From contig CAXXFL010000007.1 of assembly GCA_963674965.2 (NCBI GenBank), positions 896,001-960,000 on the forward strand: DNA of 64,000 nucleotides, read 5' to 3'. The position numbers and the translations under genes were made by a program. A model generated the notes under the pieces. That model was not told where the DNA came from. It saw only the letters and a program-made list of their open reading frames with translations, and ran no database searches. The number at the start of each line of letters is the position of its first letter. Positions within the stretch are counted from its first letter, which is position 1. Origin of the DNA: a bacterium (GTDB lineage: Bacteria; RBG-13-61-14; DATKZS01). This document shows, piece by piece, positions 28,805 through 37,534 of this stretch.

Positions 28805-29825
28805 CTAGCGTGAACCCCTTCCATCCGTAGGTTATGAACTCCTCGCCGCCCACCACGAGCTTGCCCGGCTCGCAGAGCTTGGCGCTCTCGTCGGCCCCCA
28901 GCGCGTTGAGGGCGGCCTTTTCACCCTTGCGGACGGCGTTTTGGTATCCGGTCTGGCAGCGATAATCCTTGATCTCCTCGTAGTACATCTGGGCGCACTC
29001 GCCCGCGGCCCACACGTCCTCGACGCTGGCGCGGAGCTTGTCGTCCACCAGGACGCCCATCTGCGTGTCGATACCGGAGTCGGCCAGGAAGTCGAGGCAG
29101 GGGACCATGCCCGAGCAGACCAGGACCACGTCGGACTCGACCTTGACCCCGCCCCGCGTGGATACCACCTTCGTCTCGCCACGCTTCTCGACCTCGGTCA
29201 CGTGGTCGTTCCTTACGACCTTGACCCCCTTGGCCTCGAGGGCCCGGGCCAGGCGGTCCATGGACCCCGCGTCCGACTCGAGGGGCCAGAACCGGTACTC
29301 GTCCATTATCATCGTCACATCCTTGCCCGCGGGCAGGAAGGCGTTTAACAATTGAAGACCGATGGCGTCTCCTCCCAGGATGGTCACGCGCTTGATCCCG
29401 GGCATCATCGACTTGAGCTCGATGGCGTGTTTGCCGTTCGAGAACTTCGTCAGCAGCTTCTCGAAGTGGCTAAGGTACTCGGGGATACGATGCTTGGCCC
29501 CGCTGCAAATCAGGAGCTTGTCGTATTTTATCCTTTCCCGGTGGGCCAGCAATATGGACTTGTCCTCGAAGTCCACCCGCTCGACCGGCTGGTTCAACCT
29601 AAGGCGGAGGTTCAACTCCTCGTACCAGCTCGGGGGATGGACGGCCAGGTCGGCGATGTTTGCCTCCTCGGCCAGGAAGCCCGCCAGGCGGTGGCGGTGG
29701 ATGAAATGCACCGGCTCCGCGCTGATGACGGTTATCCGGCCCTCGGGGTCGCCCTTCCTCAGCGTCTCGGCCGCCTTGTTGCCCGCGGCCCCGTTTCCGA
29801 TGATCACGTAATGATTGCCCGCCAT
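28791..29825 (-). CDS. NAD(P)/FAD-dependent oxidoreductase (rubredoxin reductase/NirB N-terminal-like)
   Basis: VIIGNGAAG, YDKLLICSG, ILGGDAIG, VWAAGEC. Confidence 0.85.
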   Translation of the reverse strand: MAGNHYVIIGNGAAGNKAAETLRKGDPEGRITVISAEPVHFIHRHRLAGFLAEEANIADLAVHPPSWYEELNLRLRLNQPVERVDFEDKSILLAHRERIKYDKLLICSGAKHRIPEYLSHFEKLLTKFSNGKHAIELKSMMPGIKRVTILGGDAIGLQLLNAFLPAGKDVTMIMDEYRFWPLESDAGSMDRLARALEAKGVKVVRNDHVTEVEKRGETKVVSTRGGVKVESDVVLVCSGMVPCLDFLADSGIDTQMGVLVDDKLRASVEDVWAAGECAQMYYEEIKDYRCQTGYQNAVRKGEKAALNALGADESAKLCEPGKLVVGGEEFITYGWKGFTLDETS

Positions 29826-29827
29826 GT

Positions 29828-31648
29828 CTATACCCTCGCCGGCCGGGAGTTCACCGATTGCTCGATCAGCTCCACCTTGATCACGTCGATGCACTTAACC
29901 GGGCACACCTCGAGGCACTTGCCGCATCGGATGCACTCCTTGTTGTCGATGGCCACCACGGCCACCTCGTTCCATTCCTCGGTCTCGTCGATCCCGGCGT
30001 AGCCTCCGTCGGCGTCGAACCTGACTCCCCTGGCCAGCTTGATGCAGTCCTTGGGGGCCACGTCGATGCAGTAGCGGCAGTATATGCACCTGGCCGGGTC
30101 GATCTCGAACTTGAGGTAGCACAGGTAGCAGCGCTTGGATTCCTCGAGGGCCGCCTCCGCGCCGAGGCCCAGATCGACCTCCGCCGACCCCTCGCCGGCC
30201 ATGCGGTCCGTGGGCTTCAAAGTGGCCATGGCCTGGCGGGGAACGAAGTCCCAGCTCCGCTCCCGCATGACGCCGGCCCTCTCGTGGCGGACCACCATCT
30301 TTTTCCTCTCGGCGCCCATGAGGTACTCGTCCACTTTCCAGGCGGTCCTCCTTCCCGAGCCGATGGACCTGATGATGTTGGAGGCCCCGGTCATGAAGTC
30401 GCCGGCCAGGAAGAGGCCGGGAAGGCTGGTCTGGTGAGTCGTCTCGTCCGCCTTTATCCATCCTCTCTCGTTTTTGCCGAGGTCCACGTCAATAAAGGAG
30501 GGATCGGGCTTTTGGCCGGTGGCGAAGATGACCGATCCCGCGGGTTCCTCGAAGTCCGAGTCCGGGATGGGGACCCCGTTGCGCTCGCCGCCGGGCAGGA
30601 AACCGCCCAGGCGGTTCCTCAAAAATTTCACCCTCGAGACCTTGCCGTCTCCCAGTATCTCGGAAAGAGTGACCAGTCCCCTGATCTCGGCCCGCTCGAG
30701 CTTGACCTCGAACAACTCGCGCTTCTCGACCTGCAGGTATTCCTCCGTGCCCAGAACGTTGACGATGGCCCGCCTCGCCCCCAGACGCATGGCCGCCCGG
30801 GCGCAGTCCATGGCCGTGTAGCCGCCGCCTATCACCTGGACCACGTCGCCGACCTCGACCCTCTCGCCCGCGTTGACCTTCATCATGAACTCGAGCCCGG
30901 TGTAGACCCCTTCCAGGTCGGTCCCCGGCACGGGCAGCTTGTTGGGATCGAAGGTCCCCGCGGCGATCACGACCGAGTCGTGCTCCTCCATCAGGCCGGC
31001 GAGGGAAACGTCCAGGCCGACCTTGACCCCCGTCCGAAGCTCGACGCCGAGCCGAATCACGTTTCCGATCTCCGCGGCCAGCACGTCGCGGGGAAGCCGG
31101 AAGGCCGGTATGCCGTATCTGAGCATGCCTCCCGGCTCGGGCAGGGCCTCGAGGAGAACGACCTTGTGCCCGAGCACGGCCAAGTCGTGAGCCGCCGCCA
31201 GGCCGGCCGGTCCCGAACCGATGACGGCGACCTTCCTGCCGGAGGGGCCGAACATCTCCTCGGTGATCCGGTGCCCGTCGTTCTTGAGGTCGGCGGCCGC
31301 TCTTTTCAGATGGCAAATGGAAACGGGTTCCCCGTTGCCCTCCCATCCGTGGCGGCAAAAGGACTCGCAGGGCCTCGAGCACACCCTTCCCAGCACGCCG
31401 GGCAGGAGGTTGGCGAACCGGTTAAGCTCGTAGCTGCGGCCGTACCTTCCCTCGAAGATGGTCCGGATATAGCCGGGGACGTTGGTAAGGGCGGGGCAGG
31501 CCGCCTGGCAGGGTATGTTTTCCTTGACCCAGCCGAAGTCGCGGGGATCGGTCGAGAAGTAGACCTCCCTCTCGAGGAGACGCGCCCGCGTGGTCCGCTT
31601 GAATTCCTCCGACTCGGAGGGAAGGTATAACCTTTTTTGCGTCGTCAT
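29828..31648 (-). CDS. GltD/NfnB/DsrL-like Fe-S flavoprotein with C-terminal ferredoxin domain
   Basis: CQAACP, LGRVCSRPCE..C, IGSGPAGL, GGMLRYGIP, IGGGYTAMD, RCYLC, CIYCRYC, CIRCGKCLEVCP. Confidence 0.88.
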   Translation of the reverse strand: MTTQKRLYLPSESEEFKRTTRARLLEREVYFSTDPRDFGWVKENIPCQAACPALTNVPGYIRTIFEGRYGRSYELNRFANLLPGVLGRVCSRPCESFCRHGWEGNGEPVSICHLKRAAADLKNDGHRITEEMFGPSGRKVAVIGSGPAGLAAAHDLAVLGHKVVLLEALPEPGGMLRYGIPAFRLPRDVLAAEIGNVIRLGVELRTGVKVGLDVSLAGLMEEHDSVVIAAGTFDPNKLPVPGTDLEGVYTGLEFMMKVNAGERVEVGDVVQVIGGGYTAMDCARAAMRLGARRAIVNVLGTEEYLQVEKRELFEVKLERAEIRGLVTLSEILGDGKVSRVKFLRNRLGGFLPGGERNGVPIPDSDFEEPAGSVIFATGQKPDPSFIDVDLGKNERGWIKADETTHQTSLPGLFLAGDFMTGASNIIRSIGSGRRTAWKVDEYLMGAERKKMVVRHERAGVMRERSWDFVPRQAMATLKPTDRMAGEGSAEVDLGLGAEAALEESKRCYLCYLKFEIDPARCIYCRYCIDVAPKDCIKLARGVRFDADGGYAGIDETEEWNEVAVVAIDNKECIRCGKCLEVCPVKCIDVIKVELIEQSVNSRPARV

Positions 31649-31672
31649 GTTCCTCTCCCGTGACCCTTCCCG

Positions 31673-32812
31673 TCACTTGCGCTTGGAGATGGGCGTGAAG
31701 TCCCTCGGGTACCGGCCCACGAAGGCCGACCGGGGACGGATGAGCCGGTTGTCCGAGTACTGCTCGAGCACGTGCGCCGTCCAGCCCGAGACCCTCGAGG
31801 CCGCGAACAGGGTGGTGTAGAACTCGACCGGTATCTGGAGGGAGTGCTGGACCGAGGCGGAGTAAAAGTCGACGTTCGGGTATATACCCTTGGCCTTCTT
31901 GACCTTCTTCTCGATCAGGTCGCTCATGTTGACGTAGAAGCACTCCTTGTTCCGCTCGCAGAGCTTGGCGGCGGCCTTTCTAAGGTGCCTGGCCCTTGGG
32001 TCCTCCACCTTGTACACCCGGTGGCCGAAGCCCATGACCCGCTCTTTCCTGGCCAGCAGGCCGTCAATGTAATCGTCCACGTCCTCGGGCCTTCCTATCT
32101 CGGTCAACATCTGCATGACGCGCTGGTTGGCCCCCCCATGCAGCGGCCCCATCAGGGTCCCGATGGCGGTGGTCACGGCGGCGTACATATCGGCCAGGGT
32201 GCCGGCGGTGACGCGGGCGGCGAAGGTCGAGGCGTTGAACCCGTGCTCGGCGTGCAGGATGAACATAAGCTCGATGGCGTTAACCTCCTCCCCGGTCACC
32301 TCCCGGCCGAGGAACATGCGAAGGAAGTTCTCGGGCAGTCCCTTTTTGTGGTCAGGCTCGAGAAGGGGCAGGCCCTGAGCCGCCCGGTGATAGGCGGCGA
32401 TAATGGTTGGAATCTTGGCCGTGAGCCTGATGGCCTTGTTCCGGTTGGCGCGGGGCGAGTCCTCCAGGGCCTCGCGGTCGTAAATGGCCAGGTCCGAAAC
32501 GGCCGAGCGAAGAACGACCATGGGATGAGTTTTCTTCGGTATCCTTTTGAGCCAGGCCATAAGAGGCTGGGGCAGGTTCATCTCCATGATGAGCTCGGTC
32601 CGCAGGAACTCGAGCTCCTTGCTGGTGGGAAGCTCGTCCTCCCAGAGGAGGTGGACCACCTCGACGTAGCTCGCCTTGGCGGCCAGCTCGTTAACGTCGA
32701 AACCGCGGTAGTAAAGCTTGCCGTTTATTCCGTCAACGTAGCCGACCCTGGTCTCGGCGGCTATGACGCCCTCCAGTCCTCTCGTGGCGAGCGGTCTCGT
32801 TTCCTCCGCCAT
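31673..32812 (-). CDS. gltA: citrate synthase (short type; methylcitrate synthase not excluded)
   Basis: GLEGV, HAEHGFNASTF, GPLHGGAN, GFGHRVYK.EDPR, PNVDFYS. Confidence 0.9.
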   Translation of the reverse strand: MAEETRPLATRGLEGVIAAETRVGYVDGINGKLYYRGFDVNELAAKASYVEVVHLLWEDELPTSKELEFLRTELIMEMNLPQPLMAWLKRIPKKTHPMVVLRSAVSDLAIYDREALEDSPRANRNKAIRLTAKIPTIIAAYHRAAQGLPLLEPDHKKGLPENFLRMFLGREVTGEEVNAIELMFILHAEHGFNASTFAARVTAGTLADMYAAVTTAIGTLMGPLHGGANQRVMQMLTEIGRPEDVDDYIDGLLARKERVMGFGHRVYKVEDPRARHLRKAAAKLCERNKECFYVNMSDLIEKKVKKAKGIYPNVDFYSASVQHSLQIPVEFYTTLFAASRVSGWTAHVLEQYSDNRLIRPRSAFVGRYPRDFTPISKRK

Positions 32813-32857
32813 GTCCTTTCCTCTCCTTCTCAGGCCCGGGCGCGGGTCCCAGAATTG

Positions 32858-34783
32858 CTAGACCGCGCGGGCCTTGATGTAGTTTAACAGCCCCCCCGCG
32901 AGAAGGACCTCGCGGTTCCTCCCGGTAAGGACGCACTTTACGGCTATTTGGTTACCTTGAGTCTGGTTGGTTACCTTGGGCGTCCCGCCGGACTCGAGGC
33001 CCTCCCGGATATTTTCCACCTTGATAATGTCGCCCTGGTTGATTTTATCGTAGGCTTCCTCCTCCAGCTCGAAGGGAATAATGCCGAAGTTTATCAGGTT
33101 GGCCTTGTGAATCCTGGCGAAGCTCACGGCCAGGACGGCCTTGATTCCCAGGTACATGGGGGCCAGGGCCGCGTGTTCCCTCGAGCTGCCCTGGCCGTAG
33201 TTCTCCCGTCCCACTATCACGCTTTGCCCGGCTTTCCTGGCCCGCTCGGCGAAGGTGGGGTCCACGTTGGCGTACACGAACTCGGCTATCCCCGGGATGT
33301 TGGAGCGGAGGGGAAGAATTTTCGGTCCCGCCGGCATGATGTGATCGGTGGTTATATTGTCCTCGACCTTGAGCAGCGCCTCGCCCGCGAACTCGTCCGC
33401 TGGCGGTTCATTCAGGGGCAGGGGCTTGATGTTCGGCCCCCTTACTACCTCGACGCTCGAGGGATCGTCCGCCGGCTGGATCAGCATCGAGTCGTCGATG
33501 GTAAAGGACCCCGGCCAGGGAACGTCGGGGTATTGGCCCAGCTCGCGGGGGTCGGTCAGCTTTCCGGCCAGGGCCGTGGCCGCCGCCGTCTCGGGGCTGA
33601 CGAGGTAAACCAGGTCGTTCTTCGTGCCCGACCTGCCGGCGAAGTTGCGGTTATAGGACCTGACCGAATGGACGCCCGTGCCGGGAGCGCTGCCCATGCC
33701 GATGCACCCGTCGCAGGCGGACTCGAGTATCCTCGCGCCGGCGGCCACGAAGGTTGCCAGCGCTCCGTTTTCCGCCAACATGCGGAGTACCTGTTTGGAG
33801 CCGGGCGTAATATTGAAGCTCACGTGCTCGGGGACCTTTTTGCCCTCGAGCATTCTGGCCACGATCATCAGCTCGCGAAAGGATGAGTTGGTACACGAGC
33901 CGATGTTGACCTGCCTGACCTCGGGCACGTCCACGTCCTTGACCTTGGCCACGTTGTCCGGGCTTTGGGGCCGGGCCACCAGGGGCTCGAGCTCGGAGAG
34001 GTCAATCTCGATCAGTTCATCATACTCGGCGTCCTCGTCGGGCGCGAGGGGCAGGTAGTCCTTTTCCCGCCCCTGCATCTTGAAGTATTGTCGGGTCACG
34101 TCGTCGCTGGGAAAGATCGAGCAGGTGGCGCCCGTCTCGGCGCCCATGTTGGTGATGGTCCCTCTTTCGGGCGCGTGCAGGGTGGAGACGCCGGGGCCGT
34201 GGTACTCGATGATCTTGCCGACTCCCCCCTTCACGGAAATGAGGCGAAGGACCTCGAGAATAACGTCCTTGGCCGTCACCCAGGGCGAGAGTTTGCCCGT
34301 CAGCCTGACTCCCAGAATCCTGGGACAGGTCGTGTAAAAAGGGCCGCCCCCCATGGCCACGGCCACGTCCAGCCCGCCGGCCCCGATGGCTATCATGCCC
34401 GCGCCGCCGCAGGTGGGGGTGTGGGAGTCCGAGCCAAGGAGGGTCTTTCCGGGAACGGAGAAGCGCTCGAGGTGGACCTGGTGGCAAATGCCGTTGCCGG
34501 GCTTGGAGAAGATTATCCCGTGGGCCTTGGCGAAGGTCTGGAGGAAGAGGTGGTCGTCCATGTTCTCGAAGCCGGTCTGAAGCATGTTGTGGTCAACGTA
34601 GCTCACGGCCAACTCGGCCTTGACCTTGGGAATGCCCATGGCCTCGAACTGGAGGTCCGCCATGGTCCCGGTCGCGTCCTGGAGAAGGCACTGGTCTATT
34701 CTGATCCCGATTTCCTTGCCCGGCTCCAGTTCTCCCTCCACCAGGTGAGCTTTAAGTATTTTATGCGCGAGAGTGCCCTTCAT
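32858..34783 (-). CDS. aconitate hydratase
   Basis: QDATG, DHN, GICHQVH, GSDSHT, GSCTNSS, C..CIGMG, NRNF.GR, TTDHI, GQGSSREHA. Confidence 0.92.
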   Translation of the reverse strand: MKGTLAHKILKAHLVEGELEPGKEIGIRIDQCLLQDATGTMADLQFEAMGIPKVKAELAVSYVDHNMLQTGFENMDDHLFLQTFAKAHGIIFSKPGNGICHQVHLERFSVPGKTLLGSDSHTPTCGGAGMIAIGAGGLDVAVAMGGGPFYTTCPRILGVRLTGKLSPWVTAKDVILEVLRLISVKGGVGKIIEYHGPGVSTLHAPERGTITNMGAETGATCSIFPSDDVTRQYFKMQGREKDYLPLAPDEDAEYDELIEIDLSELEPLVARPQSPDNVAKVKDVDVPEVRQVNIGSCTNSSFRELMIVARMLEGKKVPEHVSFNITPGSKQVLRMLAENGALATFVAAGARILESACDGCIGMGSAPGTGVHSVRSYNRNFAGRSGTKNDLVYLVSPETAAATALAGKLTDPRELGQYPDVPWPGSFTIDDSMLIQPADDPSSVEVVRGPNIKPLPLNEPPADEFAGEALLKVEDNITTDHIMPAGPKILPLRSNIPGIAEFVYANVDPTFAERARKAGQSVIVGRENYGQGSSREHAALAPMYLGIKAVLAVSFARIHKANLINFGIIPFELEEEAYDKINQGDIIKVENIREGLESGGTPKVTNQTQGNQIAVKCVLTGRNREVLLAGGLLNYIKARAV

Positions 34784-34924
34784 TATCTCTCCTCTCCCCG
34801 TCGCCCCGCCCACGGCGAGACGCCGATTCAGGCGGGTGAAAATTCCCGGTCCCGTCCTCGTATATCAAGTTTCTATTCATTCATATGATCGAAAAGTGTC
34901 GCCCCTTGAGAACCGGATAAGTCG

Positions 34925-34952
34925 AATATAGCATCTGAAAACCACTCGTCAA
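34925..34952 (-). promoter_or_regulatory. putative sigma70 promoter of the aconitase-OFOR operon
   Basis: TTGACG-16 bp-TATATT with an extended -10 TG. Confidence 0.5.
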
Positions 34953-35076
34953 GGAATGAACCGTTAAAAGCGCCGGGCGCGCGTGGTCTTGGTCAAGCGT
35001 GAATCGAGGCGACGCGGCCCGCTCGCCCCGGCATTACCGGGGCAAGGGGCCGGCCGAATTAATTAATGGAAGGACT

Positions 35077-36471
35077 TTATTCCGCCGTGGGTTCGGTCTG
35101 TCTTCTCAGGTCCAGTACCTTGTCCAACTCGTTCTCGGGAAGGAGTTTCTTCTCGCGTGAAAGCTCGCGCACGGTCTTGCCGGACTTGAAGGCCTCCTTG
35201 GCCAGTTCCGCCGCCTTGTCGTATCCGATAATGGGCGCCATGGCCGTGGCCAGCATAAGGGACTGCTCGTTCATGGCCTCGATGCGGGCCGTATTGGCCT
35301 TGAGGTCTTTCACCAGCCTGTCGGCGAAGTTGGCGGACGCCCTGGCCAGGACGTTGATGGACTCGAGCAGGTTTTTGGCGATGAGGGGAAGCATGACGTT
35401 TAGCTCGAAGTTACCGTAGAGGCCGCCCAGGGTGACGGCCGCGTCGTTGGCTATGACCTGGACGCTCGCCATGATGAGGGACTCGGCGATGACGGGGTTG
35501 ACCTTGCCGGGCATGATGGACGAGCCGGGCTGGACCGCCGGTATCTCGAGTTCGCCAAGGCCCAGACGGGGACCGGAGCCGAGGAACCTTATGTCGTTGG
35601 CTATTTTGACGAGGCTTTGGGCCACCGTCTTGAGGGCGGCGCTCATGTGGACGGCGCCGTCCCTGGCCGCCTGGGCCTCGAAGTGGTTTTTGGCCTCGGT
35701 CAGGGGAACGCCGGTCAACTCGGAGAGCTTTTTGGCCATCCTGGCCCCGAACTCGGGATGGGTGTTGATGCCCGTGCCCACGGCCGTGCCGCCGATGGCC
35801 AACTCGCAAAGGTGAGGCATGGCGTCCTTCACGTGTCCTATCCCGTGCTCGACCTGGCTTGCGTAACCCGAAAATACCTGGCCCAGCCTGATTGGCGTGG
35901 CGTCCTGAAGATGGGTCCTCCCCGTCTTGACGATGGGGTCGAAATCCCTGGCCTTGTCCGCCAGGGCGGCGCGCAGTTTCTCGAGGGAGGGAATAAGAAG
36001 CTCGGTAACCTTGACGGCCGCGGCCAGGTGGATGGCGGTGGGAAACACGTCGTTCGAGGACTGGCCCATGTTGACGTGGTCGTTGGGATGGACCGGGCTC
36101 CTGCTCCCGACCTTGCCGCCCAGTATCTGGATGGCCCGGTTCGAGACGACCTCGTTGGCGTTCATGTTGCTCGAGGTGCCCGAGCCCGTCTGGTAGACGT
36201 CCACCGGGAAGTCGTCGTCCAGCTTGCCCTCGATAACTTCCTCGCCCGCCTTGACGATGGCCTCGGCCAGCTTGGGATCGAGCTTGCCCAGGTCCATGTT
36301 GACCTGGGCCGCGCACTTCTTGATCATGCCCATGGCCATTATCATCTCGCGTCCTATGCCCATGCCCGAGACCGGAAAGTTGGCCACGGCCCTGGCGGTC
36401 TGGGCGCCGTAGAGTTTTTCTTCCGGTACCTCGAACTCTCCCATCGAGTCCTTTTCAATCCTTACTCCCAT
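35077..36471 (-). CDS. fumC: class II fumarate hydratase
   Basis: QTGSGTSSNMN, HPNDHVN, GRTHLQDATP, GSSIMPGKVNP. Confidence 0.95.
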   Translation of the reverse strand: MGVRIEKDSMGEFEVPEEKLYGAQTARAVANFPVSGMGIGREMIMAMGMIKKCAAQVNMDLGKLDPKLAEAIVKAGEEVIEGKLDDDFPVDVYQTGSGTSSNMNANEVVSNRAIQILGGKVGSRSPVHPNDHVNMGQSSNDVFPTAIHLAAAVKVTELLIPSLEKLRAALADKARDFDPIVKTGRTHLQDATPIRLGQVFSGYASQVEHGIGHVKDAMPHLCELAIGGTAVGTGINTHPEFGARMAKKLSELTGVPLTEAKNHFEAQAARDGAVHMSAALKTVAQSLVKIANDIRFLGSGPRLGLGELEIPAVQPGSSIMPGKVNPVIAESLIMASVQVIANDAAVTLGGLYGNFELNVMLPLIAKNLLESINVLARASANFADRLVKDLKANTARIEAMNEQSLMLATAMAPIIGYDKAAELAKEAFKSGKTVRELSREKKLLPENELDKVLDLRRQTEPTAE

Positions 36472-36618
36472 TTTGTCCTCCTTCTGGCCGCGTCCGAGTT
36501 TTTACGCGGTATTATTTTACTGGCGTTCCCGGGGCCCCCGCCCTTCAAGAATGATCGTTATCCGGGATATTGTAACCAGCAATGGCCCAAGGGAGCAAGT
36601 AATATCAAGGAATCATCG

Positions 36619-37300
36619 TCATTTGGCTTCCATCCTCGCCGCGCGTTTCCAGCCGCGGCTCACCAGCAGGAAAAGGGCGGGCACGGCGAAGAAGGCGAAG
36701 ACCGTTGAAATGATCACGCCTCCCATGGTGGCGACGGCCAGGGGGGTGAGGAATTCCGTTCCCGACCCTCCCAAGGCCTGGGGCAAAATCCCGGCCACGA
36801 TGGCGGCGTTGGTCATGAATATGGCCCGGAACCTTTGCACGCAGGCGTCGCGCACTCCGTCGGCCAGGGACGACTCGCGCTCTTTCAGTTTTTGAAGCGC
36901 GTAGTCGATGATAAGGATGCCGTTGTTGACCACTATTCCCACCAGCATGACCACGGCCATCATGCTCATGATGTTGAGGGAGGCGCCGGAGAAGAAGAGG
37001 GCGACGATGACTCCGGCGGCGCCGAGGGGCACGGTCACGAGAATGGTGAGGGGATGGATCAGGGAGTCGAGTATGGCGGACAGGAGCATGTAGGTCAGGA
37101 TGATGGCCAGGACCAGGGCCACGAGGATGTTCCGCCTGGTTTCCTCGAGTTCCTCGGACGATCCCGTGAACTCGTAGTCCTTGCCCAGTTCCCATCCGGC
37201 CTCCTTGAATTTCCCGGTCAGTTTTTGCTGCGCCGTGGACAGGGTCCCGTGGGAGATGTAGGACCTCCTGAGAGTATTCGCGCCCTTGTCCTGGCGCGCC
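36619..37300 (-). pseudogene. C-terminal remnant (about 225 aa) of an AcrB/AcrD/AcrF-family RND transporter
   Basis: P.TIL.TVPL, LVGIVVNNGILIID, RFRAIFMT, PLAVA..GG; N-terminal ~800 aa absent and no credible start; 5' boundary approximate. Confidence 0.8.
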
Positions 37301-37534
37301 GCTGAGTTTGTGCCAGGGCCATCAAGTCCTCCAAGTATACAATATTTATTTACATAGTTTATATAACTTCCCGTGCGTTTCAAGCCCGCGGCCGGAAACG
37401 AAAGGATCAAGCCGCGTCATATTAAAAGGAAGCGATGGGCGAGCCGCAAGTGGCGGTCACCGTGCTTGTATCACGCGTCCGGCGCGGGCCTGGAGCGAAT
37501 AATTTCCGAGGCCCGCTTGGGCGAATGTTTGGGG

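Noticed and set aside
29828-31648. DsrL (sulfur metabolism) or glutamate synthase small subunit call
   Set aside because: The architecture is similar, but no dsr genes or gltB are in the window, so it cannot be assigned without phylogeny.
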